This document shows positions 38,781 to 49,400 of a stretch of 64,000 bases of DNA, one piece after another. Both the position numbers and the translations under genes were made by a program. The stretch spans positions 2,528,001 to 2,592,000 of the forward strand of contig CAVOFT010000001.1 of NCBI GenBank assembly GCA_963695095.1, written 5' to 3'. The stretch comes from an uncultured bacterium. GTDB taxonomy: Bacteria; Krumholzibacteriota; Krumholzibacteriia; JACNKJ01. The stretch's first letter is position 1, and each line of letters opens with the position of its first letter. The notes below the pieces were generated by a model that saw only the letters and a program-made list of their open reading frames with translations, did no database searches and was not told where the DNA came from.

Positions 38781-38799
38781 GACGGGAGCGGCGGACGAC

Positions 38800-40833
38800 T
38801 CAGCTGCGCAGGCCCAGGCGCAGGCCGAGTTGCAGGCTGCGGCCGGGCTCGACGAGCCCCGTCTGCGACTCGACCACGCTGTCGAGGGCATTGTCCAGAC
38901 GCAGCCGCAGCTCGAGGGCTTCCAGGGCGCCTCTGCCCAGGTAGCGCCGCCAGGCGGCGAGCAGGGCCAGGCGCGCCTGGGCGGGCAGGCTGCGGAGGCC
39001 GTCGGCCGCATCGCTGGCGTCGGCGCTCTGGCGCGGGCCCAGCAGCGCGGCCTCGGCGGCGAAGCGCAGGTCGCGCGGCGCCGACCAGGCCAGGGAGAGC
39101 CCGCCGATGCAGTCGGGCCGGTCTTCGAGCGGGCCCGTCCACTCACCGGCGATCCGCCGGCGCGCGGCCAGCTGCAGCCAATGCGCGGAGAGGGCGAGGC
39201 CCGCCCCGACGTCGAGCGTCAGCTCGCCCTCGGCGCCGAGGCTGCGCAGAGCGTCCAGATTGACGCGCTGGAAGGTCCCCGCCTCGCCGTCGACGACGAT
39301 GCGCTCGATGGCGCCGTCCAGGCGCGCGGCGAAGAGCGACAGATCGAAGGTGAGGCGGTCGCCCCTGCGGCGGTAGGCGAGTTCCGCCAGCGTCTGCGCC
39401 TCGGCGGCCAGGCCCGGGTTGGGCACGAACTGCCCGAGGGCGCCCGAATAGAGCTCGCGCAGGGCGGGAAAGCGGCTGCGCCGGGAAAGGGCCAGCTCCA
39501 GCGACTGATCCGCGCCGAGCGCGCGCTGGAGGGCGAGCAGCCAGTCCCAGGCGCTGTCGGGCCCACGGGCGGGCTTGTCGCCGCTCGCCGGCGTCGCGGC
39601 GTGCAGCCAGGCCGCGCCCGCGCGCAGGGTCCAGGCGGGCAGGGGCGAGATCTCGAGCTCGAGGGTCTCGGCGAGGCGGCGCTGGCTGAAGCGTTGCCAG
39701 GGACCGCCGACGAGGAGCTGCTCATCGTGGCGCGCATCGCGCAGTTCGCTGACCAGGCTGAGGCGCCCGGCGGCGAGCCGGCGCTGGATCAGCAGACGCA
39801 GGTGCAGGCTGCGGTCCTCGTTCAGCTCGCGGTCCACGCCCGGCGCCAGTGCCGGCCCGCTGTAGGACGCATCGTCGTAGGTCCGGATCTCGGTGTCCGC
39901 CTGATCGAGGCCGGCCCCCAGCCCCAGGCGCCAGCGGCCCGCCGCGCCCAGCGGCTGGTCCAGGCCCAGCCCGGCCTGCAGGCGGCGGCTGTCCGGGTAA
40001 CGCCAGAAGCGCGCCTGGCTGCGGTAGGTCTCCGGCGGCACTCCCTTCTCGGTGTGACTCGCGCCGAGCTGGAGGGAGAGCCGGCCCTCGCGCGGCAGTC
40101 CACGCCCGAGCGTGAAGAAGGCGCTCTCCCGCGCGAGGTCGCTATTCAGGCGCCGGCGGCCGCTGCCCGCGTTGAAGTCGCCGGGAGCGGCCGCGGGGCG
40201 CAGCCAGCCGTCGTGGCCGACGCGAGCGAGGCTCGCGAGCAGACCCCAGTCGCCCAGTCGGCGGCCGTGCAGCAGGGCCGCGCGGCGGTAGCCCGCCTCG
40301 CCGGCGCCGAGATCCAGCTGGCTCTCGCCACCGCTTGCGGGCGCGGCCCGCGAGTGCAGCTCGAGGCTGCCCGCCAGCGCTCCCGGGCCCTGCAGGAGAC
40401 TGCGCACGCCGCGGCGGAGGCGCAGGGCGCCCAGGGCCTCGGCCGGCTGCAGCGAAAGGTCGCTGCGCTCGTCCCAGGCGAGATTGAGGGGCATGCCGTC
40501 CAGGCTCACGAGCAGGTGCCGCTCGGAGGCGCCGCGCAGCATGAACTGCGATTCGCCGCGCGAGTTCAGGCCCAGGCGCAGGGCGGGCAGGCGCGGCGCG
40601 AGGGCCGCCAGGTCCGGCGAGCTCGACTCGCGCAGGGGCAAGCCGCTGAGCCGGGTCTCCGCCGGCCCCGGCCGCGGCGCCGGTGCAGCGGCCGTCACCA
40701 CGACCGGGGGCAGCTGGAAGCGCGGCAGGCTGTCGGCGGATTCCTGGCCCTGGGCCGCGTGCGGGGGCAGGAGGCCGCAGAGCGTTACGAGGAGGGCGGT
40801 GAAAGCCAGGGCGCGCCCTCGGCAGCGGAACAT
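38800..40833 (-). CDS. TonB-dependent receptor
   Basis: Signal peptide, VVVTA TonB box, plug LRG...DG..GALAG, NPGLAAE, LDNALD...PGRSLQLG. Confidence 0.88.
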   Translation of the reverse strand: MFRCRGRALAFTALLVTLCGLLPPHAAQGQESADSLPRFQLPPVVVTAAAPAPRPGPAETRLSGLPLRESSSPDLAALAPRLPALRLGLNSRGESQFMLRGASERHLLVSLDGMPLNLAWDERSDLSLQPAEALGALRLRRGVRSLLQGPGALAGSLELHSRAAPASGGESQLDLGAGEAGYRRAALLHGRRLGDWGLLASLARVGHDGWLRPAAAPGDFNAGSGRRRLNSDLARESAFFTLGRGLPREGRLSLQLGASHTEKGVPPETYRSQARFWRYPDSRRLQAGLGLDQPLGAAGRWRLGLGAGLDQADTEIRTYDDASYSGPALAPGVDRELNEDRSLHLRLLIQRRLAAGRLSLVSELRDARHDEQLLVGGPWQRFSQRRLAETLELEISPLPAWTLRAGAAWLHAATPASGDKPARGPDSAWDWLLALQRALGADQSLELALSRRSRFPALRELYSGALGQFVPNPGLAAEAQTLAELAYRRRGDRLTFDLSLFAARLDGAIERIVVDGEAGTFQRVNLDALRSLGAEGELTLDVGAGLALSAHWLQLAARRRIAGEWTGPLEDRPDCIGGLSLAWSAPRDLRFAAEAALLGPRQSADASDAADGLRSLPAQARLALLAAWRRYLGRGALEALELRLRLDNALDSVVESQTGLVEPGRSLQLGLRLGLRS

Positions 40834-40904
40834 GGGGATCCTCCAGTGCGGCGAGCGGAGCGAGGCTAGCACCCGCGCTCCATCGCCACCACTGGAAACC
40901 GGGC

Positions 40905-41096
40905 TCAGGCGCGGCGGCAGACCGTGCGGCGCAGGATCGTGTCCATCAAGCACCACTTCGTGAAGGCGCTCTGGATCAGATTCGCGCCCACGAAGGTGGT
41001 GAACAGGAGCCACCAGGGACTGACCCAGTAGGCCAGGGCCAGGCTGATCAGGATGAAGCTGCCGGCGATGGCGCGGATCATCGATTCGAGACTCAC
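40905..41096 (-). CDS. DUF2892 (YgaP-like) small membrane protein
   Basis: GGAGGT RBS, GTG start; IRAIAGSFIL...FVGANLIQSAFTKWC. Confidence 0.85.
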   Translation of the reverse strand: MSLESMIRAIAGSFILISLALAYWVSPWWLLFTTFVGANLIQSAFTKWCLMDTILRRTVCRRA

Positions 41097-41107
41097 GGCG
41101 GTACCTC

Positions 41108-42385
41108 CTAGAAGCTGTAGCGCAGGCGCAGGTAGACGTTGCTGTTGCCGGCGAACTGGCCGAACTGGGTCCAGGGATCCTCGCCGTCCAGCAGGCTGGC
41201 CCCCACCGTTACCTTGACGGCCTCGGTGACCGCATAGGCCAGGCTGGGCCGCAGGTGAAGATCGGCGTCGGTCCAGCTGACGTAGCCGAAGACGGAGAAC
41301 ACGAGCTTCTGATCGAGCGCGAGCTTGGTGAGCCGCGCCGTCAGGTACTGGCGCAGCGCATCGACGCTCGGCGCATCCGCCGGCAGGCCTGCGCGGTAGC
41401 GCGCATGCTCCTCCATCGCGATGCCGTACCACTGCCCGCCCAGGGTCCAGTCGCCGCCCAGCGCCTTCTCGATGCCGCCGATCAGGCGCCACTCCGAGTT
41501 GGGCAGGAAGGGGTCGCTTCCCGCGCGGTCGTCGAGCGAGCCGTAGTAGGCGCCCTCGACGTTGACGAGCAGCGATCCCAGGGGGCCGCGCAGGCTGGCC
41601 CCGCCGGAAACCAGGCGCGGGTAGATGAGCGTCGGCGGGTCGAGAAGGGCTTCGCCGAAGTCGATGCCCTGGGGCGTCGGCCAGAAGCCCTTGTAGCCGT
41701 AGAGCCCCCACTCGTAGCCGCCCCGGGCGCCGAAGAGGCGGGCGAAGGCCTCGCCGGCGGCTGGGGAGCCCCCGGGCGCCCGCACCGGCAGCAGGCCGTC
41801 GCCGGCCGCCCTCGACCCCGTGAACGGATTGTAGCCCGCGAGCCGCTCGCCGTCGGGCAGGGTATCCGGGGTGAAGCGCGGCGAGAGCGCCAGCTCGGCG
41901 GTGACGCTGCCGAGGTAGGCGGTCAAGCGCAGGAGATCCTGAGGCGGCTTGAGGTAGGCGTTGTCGAGCCCGGTGAAGAAGGCCTGCCAGTCCTTCGCGA
42001 AGAGATCGTTGGCGAAGACCAGGTCGCCCGTGCCCCAGGTGGCCACCTGGCGGCCGGCCTTGAGGTCCAGCCAGTCGCTCAGGCGCAGCTTGAGGTAGGC
42101 CTCGCGCAGGTCGACCTGGCTGCGCTCTGCGGCGACGGCATCGCTGAGCAGGTCCACGCGCAGGAAGACGTCGGCGGCGCCCAGGCCGTCCTGCAGGGTG
42201 AGCTGACCGCGCAGCTCGCTCCGGGGATAGGCCCGCTCGGCCAGGCCCAGGCCGCCGTCGAGCGCGGCGTTCTCCTCGATGCGGACCGCCCAGGCCCCCT
42301 CGACGAAGCCTCCGAGCAGGGGCTGGGCGGCGGCGGCGCCGGCCAGCCCCGCGAGGAGGGCGAGGATGAGACTCAGTGTGCGCAT
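41108..42385 (-). CDS. Outer-membrane beta-barrel protein
   Basis: Signal peptide, LREAY, GRQVATWGTGD, terminal LRYSF. Confidence 0.8.
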   Translation of the reverse strand: MRTLSLILALLAGLAGAAAAQPLLGGFVEGAWAVRIEENAALDGGLGLAERAYPRSELRGQLTLQDGLGAADVFLRVDLLSDAVAAERSQVDLREAYLKLRLSDWLDLKAGRQVATWGTGDLVFANDLFAKDWQAFFTGLDNAYLKPPQDLLRLTAYLGSVTAELALSPRFTPDTLPDGERLAGYNPFTGSRAAGDGLLPVRAPGGSPAAGEAFARLFGARGGYEWGLYGYKGFWPTPQGIDFGEALLDPPTLIYPRLVSGGASLRGPLGSLLVNVEGAYYGSLDDRAGSDPFLPNSEWRLIGGIEKALGGDWTLGGQWYGIAMEEHARYRAGLPADAPSVDALRQYLTARLTKLALDQKLVFSVFGYVSWTDADLHLRPSLAYAVTEAVKVTVGASLLDGEDPWTQFGQFAGNSNVYLRLRYSF

Positions 42386-42388
42386 GAT

Positions 42389-43186
42389 TTACCTCGTGTA
42401 GTCCCGGGGCGGATTCTTCAGCAGGCGCTCCGTGAAGTCGGCCGGCGGCAGGCTGGCGGTGTAGCTGATCTCGGTGAAGCGAATCGTCGTCTGCTTGCCG
42501 CGCTTGACGTCCTGCATCGTGCGCAGGGTGGCGGTGGGAAAGCCGTCGATCGTCTCGATCTCGCTCGCCGTGAAGACGCGCAGCAGGGCGCCCTTGGCGT
42601 AGTACTCCTCCTTGAGGGGCAGCCGGCTCGTCGTGCAGATCCAGGTGAGCTTCTCGTCCCAGTCGGCGCTGCCGGCGGCCCTGGGCGTGCTCTTGATCTT
42701 CCAGGTCGGGCGCTCGGCCAGCAGCTCTTCGCCTTGCAGCGTGTGGCTGTCCAGCACCGGCAGGCGGCCCGAGACGTCCTCGTAGGTGAAGTCCGAGCCC
42801 ATGAAGCTGCTCGTGCGGTCGTCGGCCGCGATGCGCTTGACGAGGTCCAGCGCGGGCATGTAGAGCCAGCGGTCGTCGTTGCCGTCGGCGTGCTTGTGGA
42901 CGAGGAAGCCGGTCCTGCTCACGTCGGCGGGCTTGACGAAGTAGGTGTAGTAGTTCTGGTCGCCCATGTCGGCGACGTCCGCCCGCAGCATCCAGAACTC
43001 GCGCTCGCGCGTGCGCCCCTGCTTGTCGGTGAGCGTCATCAGCACCTTGGCGTGCCCGCCGTCGCCCGCGTAGTAGTAGGCGGCATGGGCGGCATTCATC
43101 AGCGTGGCGGCGTCCTCCGCCGCTGCAGCGCCCACAGCTGGCGCGAGCAGGGCGAGGGCCGCCAGCAGGATCCTGTGTACTTTCAT
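42389..43186 (-). CDS. LolA-like outer-membrane lipoprotein-sorting protein
   Basis: Start MKVHR (TGATG overlap); PADV..TGFL, WLYMPALDLVKRI, SFMGSDFTYED. Confidence 0.85.
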   Translation of the reverse strand: MKVHRILLAALALLAPAVGAAAAEDAATLMNAAHAAYYYAGDGGHAKVLMTLTDKQGRTREREFWMLRADVADMGDQNYYTYFVKPADVSRTGFLVHKHADGNDDRWLYMPALDLVKRIAADDRTSSFMGSDFTYEDVSGRLPVLDSHTLQGEELLAERPTWKIKSTPRAAGSADWDEKLTWICTTSRLPLKEEYYAKGALLRVFTASEIETIDGFPTATLRTMQDVKRGKQTTIRFTEISYTASLPPADFTERLLKNPPRDYTR

Positions 43187-45555
43187 CAGTTCGCCTCCTT
43201 GGCAAGTTCGGTGGCTGGGGAAGACGCCCAGGTGGCCGCGCGGGCCCCCCAGGGCTTGAACGCGTGTTCGCCGCGCAGGCGCAGGAGCGCGGGCAGCAGC
43301 AGGAAGGTCGCGCTGCCCGACAGCGCCATGATGGCGAGGAAGAACAGGCCCACGGTGACGTAGGGCACCAGGGCGGCGAAGAGCAGGGGCACGAAGCCGA
43401 AGGCGATCACCACGACGTTGCGGCCGATGGCCCGGGCCGGCTCCTGGAAGAGCTCGGCGAGCGTGGCGGCCAGGCTCCCCTGGCGGCGATAGAGCTCCTG
43501 CCCGCGCTTGAGGAAGTGAATCGCGAAGTCCACCGAGAGACCCAGCGTCAGCGAGCTGAGCACGGCGATGGGCATGTCGTAGGCCTTGCCGCTCCAGCCG
43601 ACGACGCCGTAGACCATGGCGATCGTCACCGTGAGCGGCAGCATGGAGATGAGGCCCAGGTAGACCGAGCGCAGCAGGACGATCATCATCACGAGGACGA
43701 CGGCGAAGGAGCCGAGCAGCGCCTTCAGCATGCCGCCGACCATCTTCTCCTGCCAGATGACGTTGATGTAGGTGAGCCCCGCCCAGTCGAAGGCCAGGCC
43801 CGCCGGCGCCGGGTTGGCGGCCATGAAGGCCGCGGCCTCGTCCAGCATGGCGATCACGGCGCGGTTGTCGCCGTCCTTGAGCTGGATCCAGAGCACGGCC
43901 TTGTCCCCCGCCGGCGTGATGAACTTGTAGAGATCGTCCGGATCGCCGCCGGCGACTTCGTAGAGGAAGAGCTCCTGGCCGATCTCGTCGGCGCTCGCGG
44001 GCAGGGCGTGCCGCGTCGAGTCGCCGTCGCTGAGCTCGAAGCGCACCTTCTTGACGATGTCGGTGATCCCCGTCGTCGCTCCCACCTGCGGCAGGGTCGC
44101 GAGGCGAAGCTGCAGGCCCTCCATGTAGCGGAGGATCTCGGGTGTCTTCACGCTGCCGGTCTCGGCCTCCGTCGCGTCGAACTCGAGGTAGGCCATGTAG
44201 GTGCCGGCGAGCTTCGCGCCCAGCTCCCGCTCGGCGACGCGGATCGGATGCGAGGGCTTGAACCACTTGGTCGGGTTGTCGTTGACGACGATGCGGCTGA
44301 CGCCGAGGGCGCTGATCGCCAGCAGCAGCACCGTGACGCCCAGCACGGGCCCGCGCCTGCCGACCGCCCAGCGCCCGAGCGCAGGCAGCGCGCGGCCCAG
44401 AGGCCCGTGGCTTTCGTCCTGGCGCCCGAAGGTGGCGAGCGTGCGCTGCGAAAGCAGCACCGCATAGGCCGGATTGAAGGTGACCGAGAGCAGCCAGGCG
44501 ACGGCGACGCCGGTGGCCACGAAGGCGCCGAAGACCTGCACCGGCGGGATCGCCGCGCTCATCAGGGAGCCGAAGCCCACCACGGTCGTCGCGCTGGTGA
44601 AGATCATCGGCTTGTAGAGCTCGTCCATCGTCTCCGCGATCGCCTGGCGCTGCGAGCCCGATTCCTGGTAGCGCTCGTGGAACTCGGAGAGGATGTGAAT
44701 GGAGTTGAGCACGGCGATCGGCAGCAGGAAGATGGGGATCATCGAGCTCATGATGTGCACCGGGAAGCCGAAGGCGATCAGCGCGCCCATCGTGATCGTC
44801 ACGGTCATCAGGGCGATGATCATGGGCGCCGCTACGACGCGGGCCTTGCGGAAGAAGACCAGCATGAGCAGGAAGATGAGCAGGCCGGCCAGCGGCGCCG
44901 AGACGCCCATCTGCTTGAACATCTCCTTGCCGAAGGTGTCCTGCGCCACCGGCAGCCCGGTGATGTGCCAGTCGCCGAAGCCGCCGATGCGCGCCAGCTC
45001 CGCCCGGATCGCGGCGCCCACCGCGTGGGCCTGCTGCTTCTCGACGAGGGGCACGTAGATCGCCACCACGCTGCCGTCGGCGGCGGCCAGCTTGCCGCGG
45101 AGCATCGGATTGGCGCCGATCTTGGCCGCGACGCTCGGCTGCTCGGCCCAGCCCAGGCGGTCGTCGGTGAGCCCGCCGACGACGAGGGACCCGTCCGGCG
45201 TGCGATAGATGTCGTCCACCGTCGAGGGGGCCAGGACATCGTCGGCGACGACGCCCGGCATCGCCTCGATGCTGGCCACCAGCTCGGCCAGCCGCGCCGT
45301 GAAGGCCGGTTCAAGCAGATCCGCTCGCCCGGTGAAGCCGAGCACGAGGTAGTCGGAGAGGCCGAACTCCGCCTTGATGCGCGAATGGATGACGCGCACG
45401 GGCTCGTCGGCCGTGAGCATGTTCTCGGGATCGGTGTCGATGATGGCGCGCGGAATGAACGCCGCCATCACCACCGTGATCAGGATCGCCAGGCCGATCA
45501 CCCAGCGGGGGTGCTCGATGGCGAAGTTGACCAGTGCGTGCTTGGATCTGGGCAT
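43186..45555 (-). CDS. MMPL/RND family transporter
   Basis: Two TM blocks; TTVVGFGSL, GLSVDFAIH. Confidence 0.9.
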   Translation of the reverse strand: MPRSKHALVNFAIEHPRWVIGLAILITVVMAAFIPRAIIDTDPENMLTADEPVRVIHSRIKAEFGLSDYLVLGFTGRADLLEPAFTARLAELVASIEAMPGVVADDVLAPSTVDDIYRTPDGSLVVGGLTDDRLGWAEQPSVAAKIGANPMLRGKLAAADGSVVAIYVPLVEKQQAHAVGAAIRAELARIGGFGDWHITGLPVAQDTFGKEMFKQMGVSAPLAGLLIFLLMLVFFRKARVVAAPMIIALMTVTITMGALIAFGFPVHIMSSMIPIFLLPIAVLNSIHILSEFHERYQESGSQRQAIAETMDELYKPMIFTSATTVVGFGSLMSAAIPPVQVFGAFVATGVAVAWLLSVTFNPAYAVLLSQRTLATFGRQDESHGPLGRALPALGRWAVGRRGPVLGVTVLLLAISALGVSRIVVNDNPTKWFKPSHPIRVAERELGAKLAGTYMAYLEFDATEAETGSVKTPEILRYMEGLQLRLATLPQVGATTGITDIVKKVRFELSDGDSTRHALPASADEIGQELFLYEVAGGDPDDLYKFITPAGDKAVLWIQLKDGDNRAVIAMLDEAAAFMAANPAPAGLAFDWAGLTYINVIWQEKMVGGMLKALLGSFAVVLVMMIVLLRSVYLGLISMLPLTVTIAMVYGVVGWSGKAYDMPIAVLSSLTLGLSVDFAIHFLKRGQELYRRQGSLAATLAELFQEPARAIGRNVVVIAFGFVPLLFAALVPYVTVGLFFLAIMALSGSATFLLLPALLRLRGEHAFKPWGARAATWASSPATELAKEAN

Positions 45556-45600
45556 GCCTTCCTCTCGTGTCGTTGGGGCAGCTGGGGGTGACGGGAGTCG

Positions 45601-46293
45601 CTAGTGAACGGGCGGCGGCGCCGCTTCCAGGGCGAAGCCCCGGGCCTGCCATTCGCGGGGGCCCTCCGTCAGGCGGCGCGCCGCCAGGCCCCGCTCCGCC
45701 AGGGCGCGCACGGCCTCGTCCGCCATGATGCAGAAGGGACCGCGACAGTAGGCGACCAGCTCGCGGTCCCGCGGCAGCTCCGCGAGGCGGTCGACGAGCT
45801 CGGCCAGCGGCATGGAGAGGGCGCCCGGCAGGTGCCCGCCGCGGTACTCCGCGGCGGAGCGGACGTCGATGAGGCACACGCTGCCGCTGGCGAGCCGGCG
45901 CGCCAGGTCGTCGGCGGCGATCGCCTCCGGCCCTTGCCCGGGATCGTGCTGGGCGCGCAGCAGCTCGCGCACCTCGGCCAGGCGTCCGATCGCCAGCTCG
46001 CGGAAGCCGTACCAGAAGGTCGCCACGGCGGGATCGGCGAGGTGGTAGCGCGCATGCAGGCCGTCCCGGGTGAACTCGACGAGACGGCATTCCTTGAGCA
46101 CCCGCAGATGCTGCGAGACGTTCGAGGGGCTCAGCCCCGTCTCCTGGGCCAGTTCATCCACGCTGCGCTCGGCCTGGCAGAGCAGGTCCAGGAGCTCCAG
46201 CCGCCGCGGGCTGGCCAGGGCCCGGCCGAGGAGGCCGAGCTGCTCGAAGAGCCTGTCCTTGTAGCTGGTCAGGGCCTGGAAATCGGGGTGCAT
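45601..46293 (-). CDS. ArsR/SmtB regulator fused to a rhodanese domain
   Basis: ALASPRRLELL, SQHLRVL, IDVR, GHLPGA, YCRGPFC. Confidence 0.92.
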   Translation of the reverse strand: MHPDFQALTSYKDRLFEQLGLLGRALASPRRLELLDLLCQAERSVDELAQETGLSPSNVSQHLRVLKECRLVEFTRDGLHARYHLADPAVATFWYGFRELAIGRLAEVRELLRAQHDPGQGPEAIAADDLARRLASGSVCLIDVRSAAEYRGGHLPGALSMPLAELVDRLAELPRDRELVAYCRGPFCIMADEAVRALAERGLAARRLTEGPREWQARGFALEAAPPPVH

Positions 46294-46450
46294 GCGGGCT
46301 CCTGTCTTAGTATTTTAGCAACTACGCATATAGTAACAAAATCAGGCACCTCGGCAAGGAAAAACTAGCGGAAATGCTAGAAAACCTTAAGTGCCTGCAA
46401 TATAGATGTTTAGCTGCAAGGGAAGATCCGCGCTGCCCTCGCCGGGGCCC

Positions 46451-49400
46451 TCAGCCCCGGCGAAGCGGACTCAGGAGCGTCCCGAAGCCGCGCCGGAGGC
46501 GGGCCTTCGCGGGATCGATGGTCGAGTAGATCACGGGCACGACGACGAGCGTGAGGAAGGTGGCGACCGTCAGGCCCCAGATCACGGCCACGCCCATCGG
46601 CCCCCACCACTGGCTGGACTCGCCGCCCAGCACCACGGCGTGGCGGAAGTCGCCCTGCACCATGCCCTCGAAGTCGACGGAGAAGCCCGTGGTCAGCGGG
46701 ATGAGCCCGAGCACCGTGGTCACCGCCGTGAGCACCACGGGCCGGAAGCGCGTCATGCCCGCTTCGACGATGGCCTCGATGCGCTCCTTGCCCTCGGCGC
46801 GCAGCTTGAGCGTGTAGTCGAGCAGGACGATGGCGTTGTTGACGACGACGCCCGCCAGGGAAATCACGCCCACCCCGGTCATGATGATGCCGAAGGGCAT
46901 GCGGTGGATCAGCAACCCGGAGAAGACGCCGATCAGCGAGAGCACCACGCTGGACATGATCACGAAGGGCACCGTGATCGAGGTGAACTGGGCGATCAGC
47001 ACGAGCATGATCAGCATGAGCACGATCGGAAAGCTCTGCTTGAAGAGGAAGGTGTTGGACTCCTCCTGGTCCTCGCTCTCCCCGGTGAAGTCGATGTGAT
47101 AGCCGGGCGGCAGCGGGAAGCCTGTCAGCCGCGCCTGCACCTGCGCCAGCAGGGCATTGCCGTTGGCGCCTTCGGCGACGTCGGCGGAGACGGTCACCAC
47201 GCGGCGCGAGTCGATGCGCGTGATCGCGCCGAACCCCGTCGCGTAGCGCAGCGTGGCGAAGCTGCCGAGCGGCACGTGCCGCCCCTCGTAGAAGAGCGTC
47301 AAGCTCTCGAGATCCTCGACGTTCTCCCGCGCCGGCTCGGCGAGCCGCACGACGATGTCGTACTCGTCCTCGCCCACGCGGTACTCGCCCACTTCCTCGC
47401 CGTGGATGGCCGTGCGCAGATGGCTGGCCAGATCGATGGTGCGCAGGCCCAGCCGCGCGGCCTGCTCGGGATCCGGCGTCACGCGCAGCTCGGGCCGGCC
47501 GCGGTCGTAGTCGCTCTCCAGATCGACGAGCCCGGGCAGATCGCGGATGCGCTCGGCCACCAGGCTGGCCAGCTCGCCGAGGGCGGCGAAGTCGTCGCCG
47601 GAGATCTCGATGTTCACCGGTTTGCCGGTGGGCGGCCCCTCCTCCATCTTGTCGATGGTGAGCTCGGCGCCGGTGAAGCCGGCGAGGCGATCGCGCAGGG
47701 CAGCCACGCTCTCGCGAGAGGAGTGCTCGCGCTCCTCCTTCTCGACGAACTCCATGCTGACCGTGGCGAGGTTGCCGCCGCTGCCGCCGCTGCCGAAGCC
47801 CTCCCCGCCCGTCGTGCCGACATCCGTCCAGTGGGCGACGAGGTCGGGCAGCTCGCTCACGGGACCCTCCAGCTGCCGCGCGTAGGCATCGCTCTGCTCG
47901 ATGCGAGTGCCGCTGGGCGATTCGATGCGGACATAGGCGAAGGTGGGATCGGTGTCGGGGAAGAGCTCCACGCCGGCGTTGAAGCGACCGAACACCATCA
48001 GCACCAGGACGAGCAGCACCCCCATGCCGATGCCGGTGCGCCAGGGCCTGGCCAGCGCCCAGCGCAGGGTGGGCTCGTAGCTGCGCAGGCCGAAGGCCAT
48101 CAGCCGGTCGCCCAGGCGATCGTGGCCCGGGCGGCGGGCCGCGGGCACCTTCATCAAGGTGGAGCAGAGCACGGGGTTGATGACCAGGGCGACGAAGAGC
48201 GAGGACAGCAGGGCGACGATCACCGTGATCGGCAGGTACTTCATGAACTCGCCCATGATGCCCGGCCAGAAGATGAGCGGCCCGAAGGCGCAAACGGTGG
48301 TCAGCGTCGAGGCGATCACCGGCGCCGCCACCTGCTGCGTGGCCGCCAGCGCCGCCTCCTGGCGGCCCATGCCCATCGCCCGGTGCCGGTAGATGTTCTC
48401 CACGACGACGATGGCGTTGTCCACCAGCATGCCGAGCGCCAGGATGAGCGAGAAGAGCACCACCATGTTCAGCGTGATGCCCAGCGCGTGCAGGACCATG
48501 AAGGTGATCAGCATGGAGAAGGGAATCGCCGAACCGACGAAGAAGGCGTTCGTCCAGCCCAGGAACAGGAAGAGCACGGCCACGACGAGGATGAGGCCGC
48601 TGAGGATGTTGTTCTCCAGCTCCTTCACCATGTCGCGGATGTAGACGGACTGGTCGCCCGTCACGGTCAGCTGGGTGCCCGCGGGCAGCGTGTGGCGCGC
48701 GGACTCGACGAGGGCGTGGATCTCGTCGGCGATGCGGATGATGTTCTCGCCGCTGCGCTTCGTGATCGAGAGGCTCACGGACTCGACGCCGTTCAGGCGT
48801 GAGTAGGTCTTGCGCTCGGCGATGGCCAGTTCGACCGTGGCCACCTGGCCCAGACTCACCGGCGCGTCCACGCCGGCGTTGACGAGGACGCGCGGGATCT
48901 CCTCCACGCTGGCGAACTCGCCCGGCACGCGCACCTGGTAGTCGTAGGTGCCCAGGCCCAGCTCACCGCCGGGGATGTTCACGTTCTCGAAGCGCAGGGC
49001 GTCCATCACGTCCGCCAGCGCCAGGCCGTAGTAGCGCAGGCGCTCCGGATCGACGTCCACGCGCACTTCCTGCTGGACGGCGCCGTTGAGCGTCACGCCG
49101 AGCACGCCGTCGACGCGCTCGATCTCCTCCTGCAGGTCCTCCGCCACGTTCTTGAGCCGCACCGGATCGTAGCTCGCCGACAGCAGGATCTGCATGATCG
49201 GCCAGTCGCTGGAGCTGATCTCCTGGATCACGAGATCGTCGCGCACGTCCTCGGGCAGCTCGGGCTTGGCCATCTCCACGGCGTCGCGCACCTTCTGGAG
49301 CGCGTCGCTCATCTCGACATCCGTGGAGAACTCGAGCGAGATCTGGGCCGCGCCCTCCAGCGAGCTGCTGATCATCTCCACCATGTCGGGAATGCCCTTG

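Noticed and set aside
37120..40869. 1249-aa plus-strand ORF (likewise 29324..33196, 43264..45591, 46406..48802 and similar)
   Set aside because: Antisense shadows of well-supported genes, expected at this GC content.
40834..40904. Cobalamin riboswitch before the TonB receptor
   Set aside because: The gap is only about 70 nt and lacks a recognisable B12-box.
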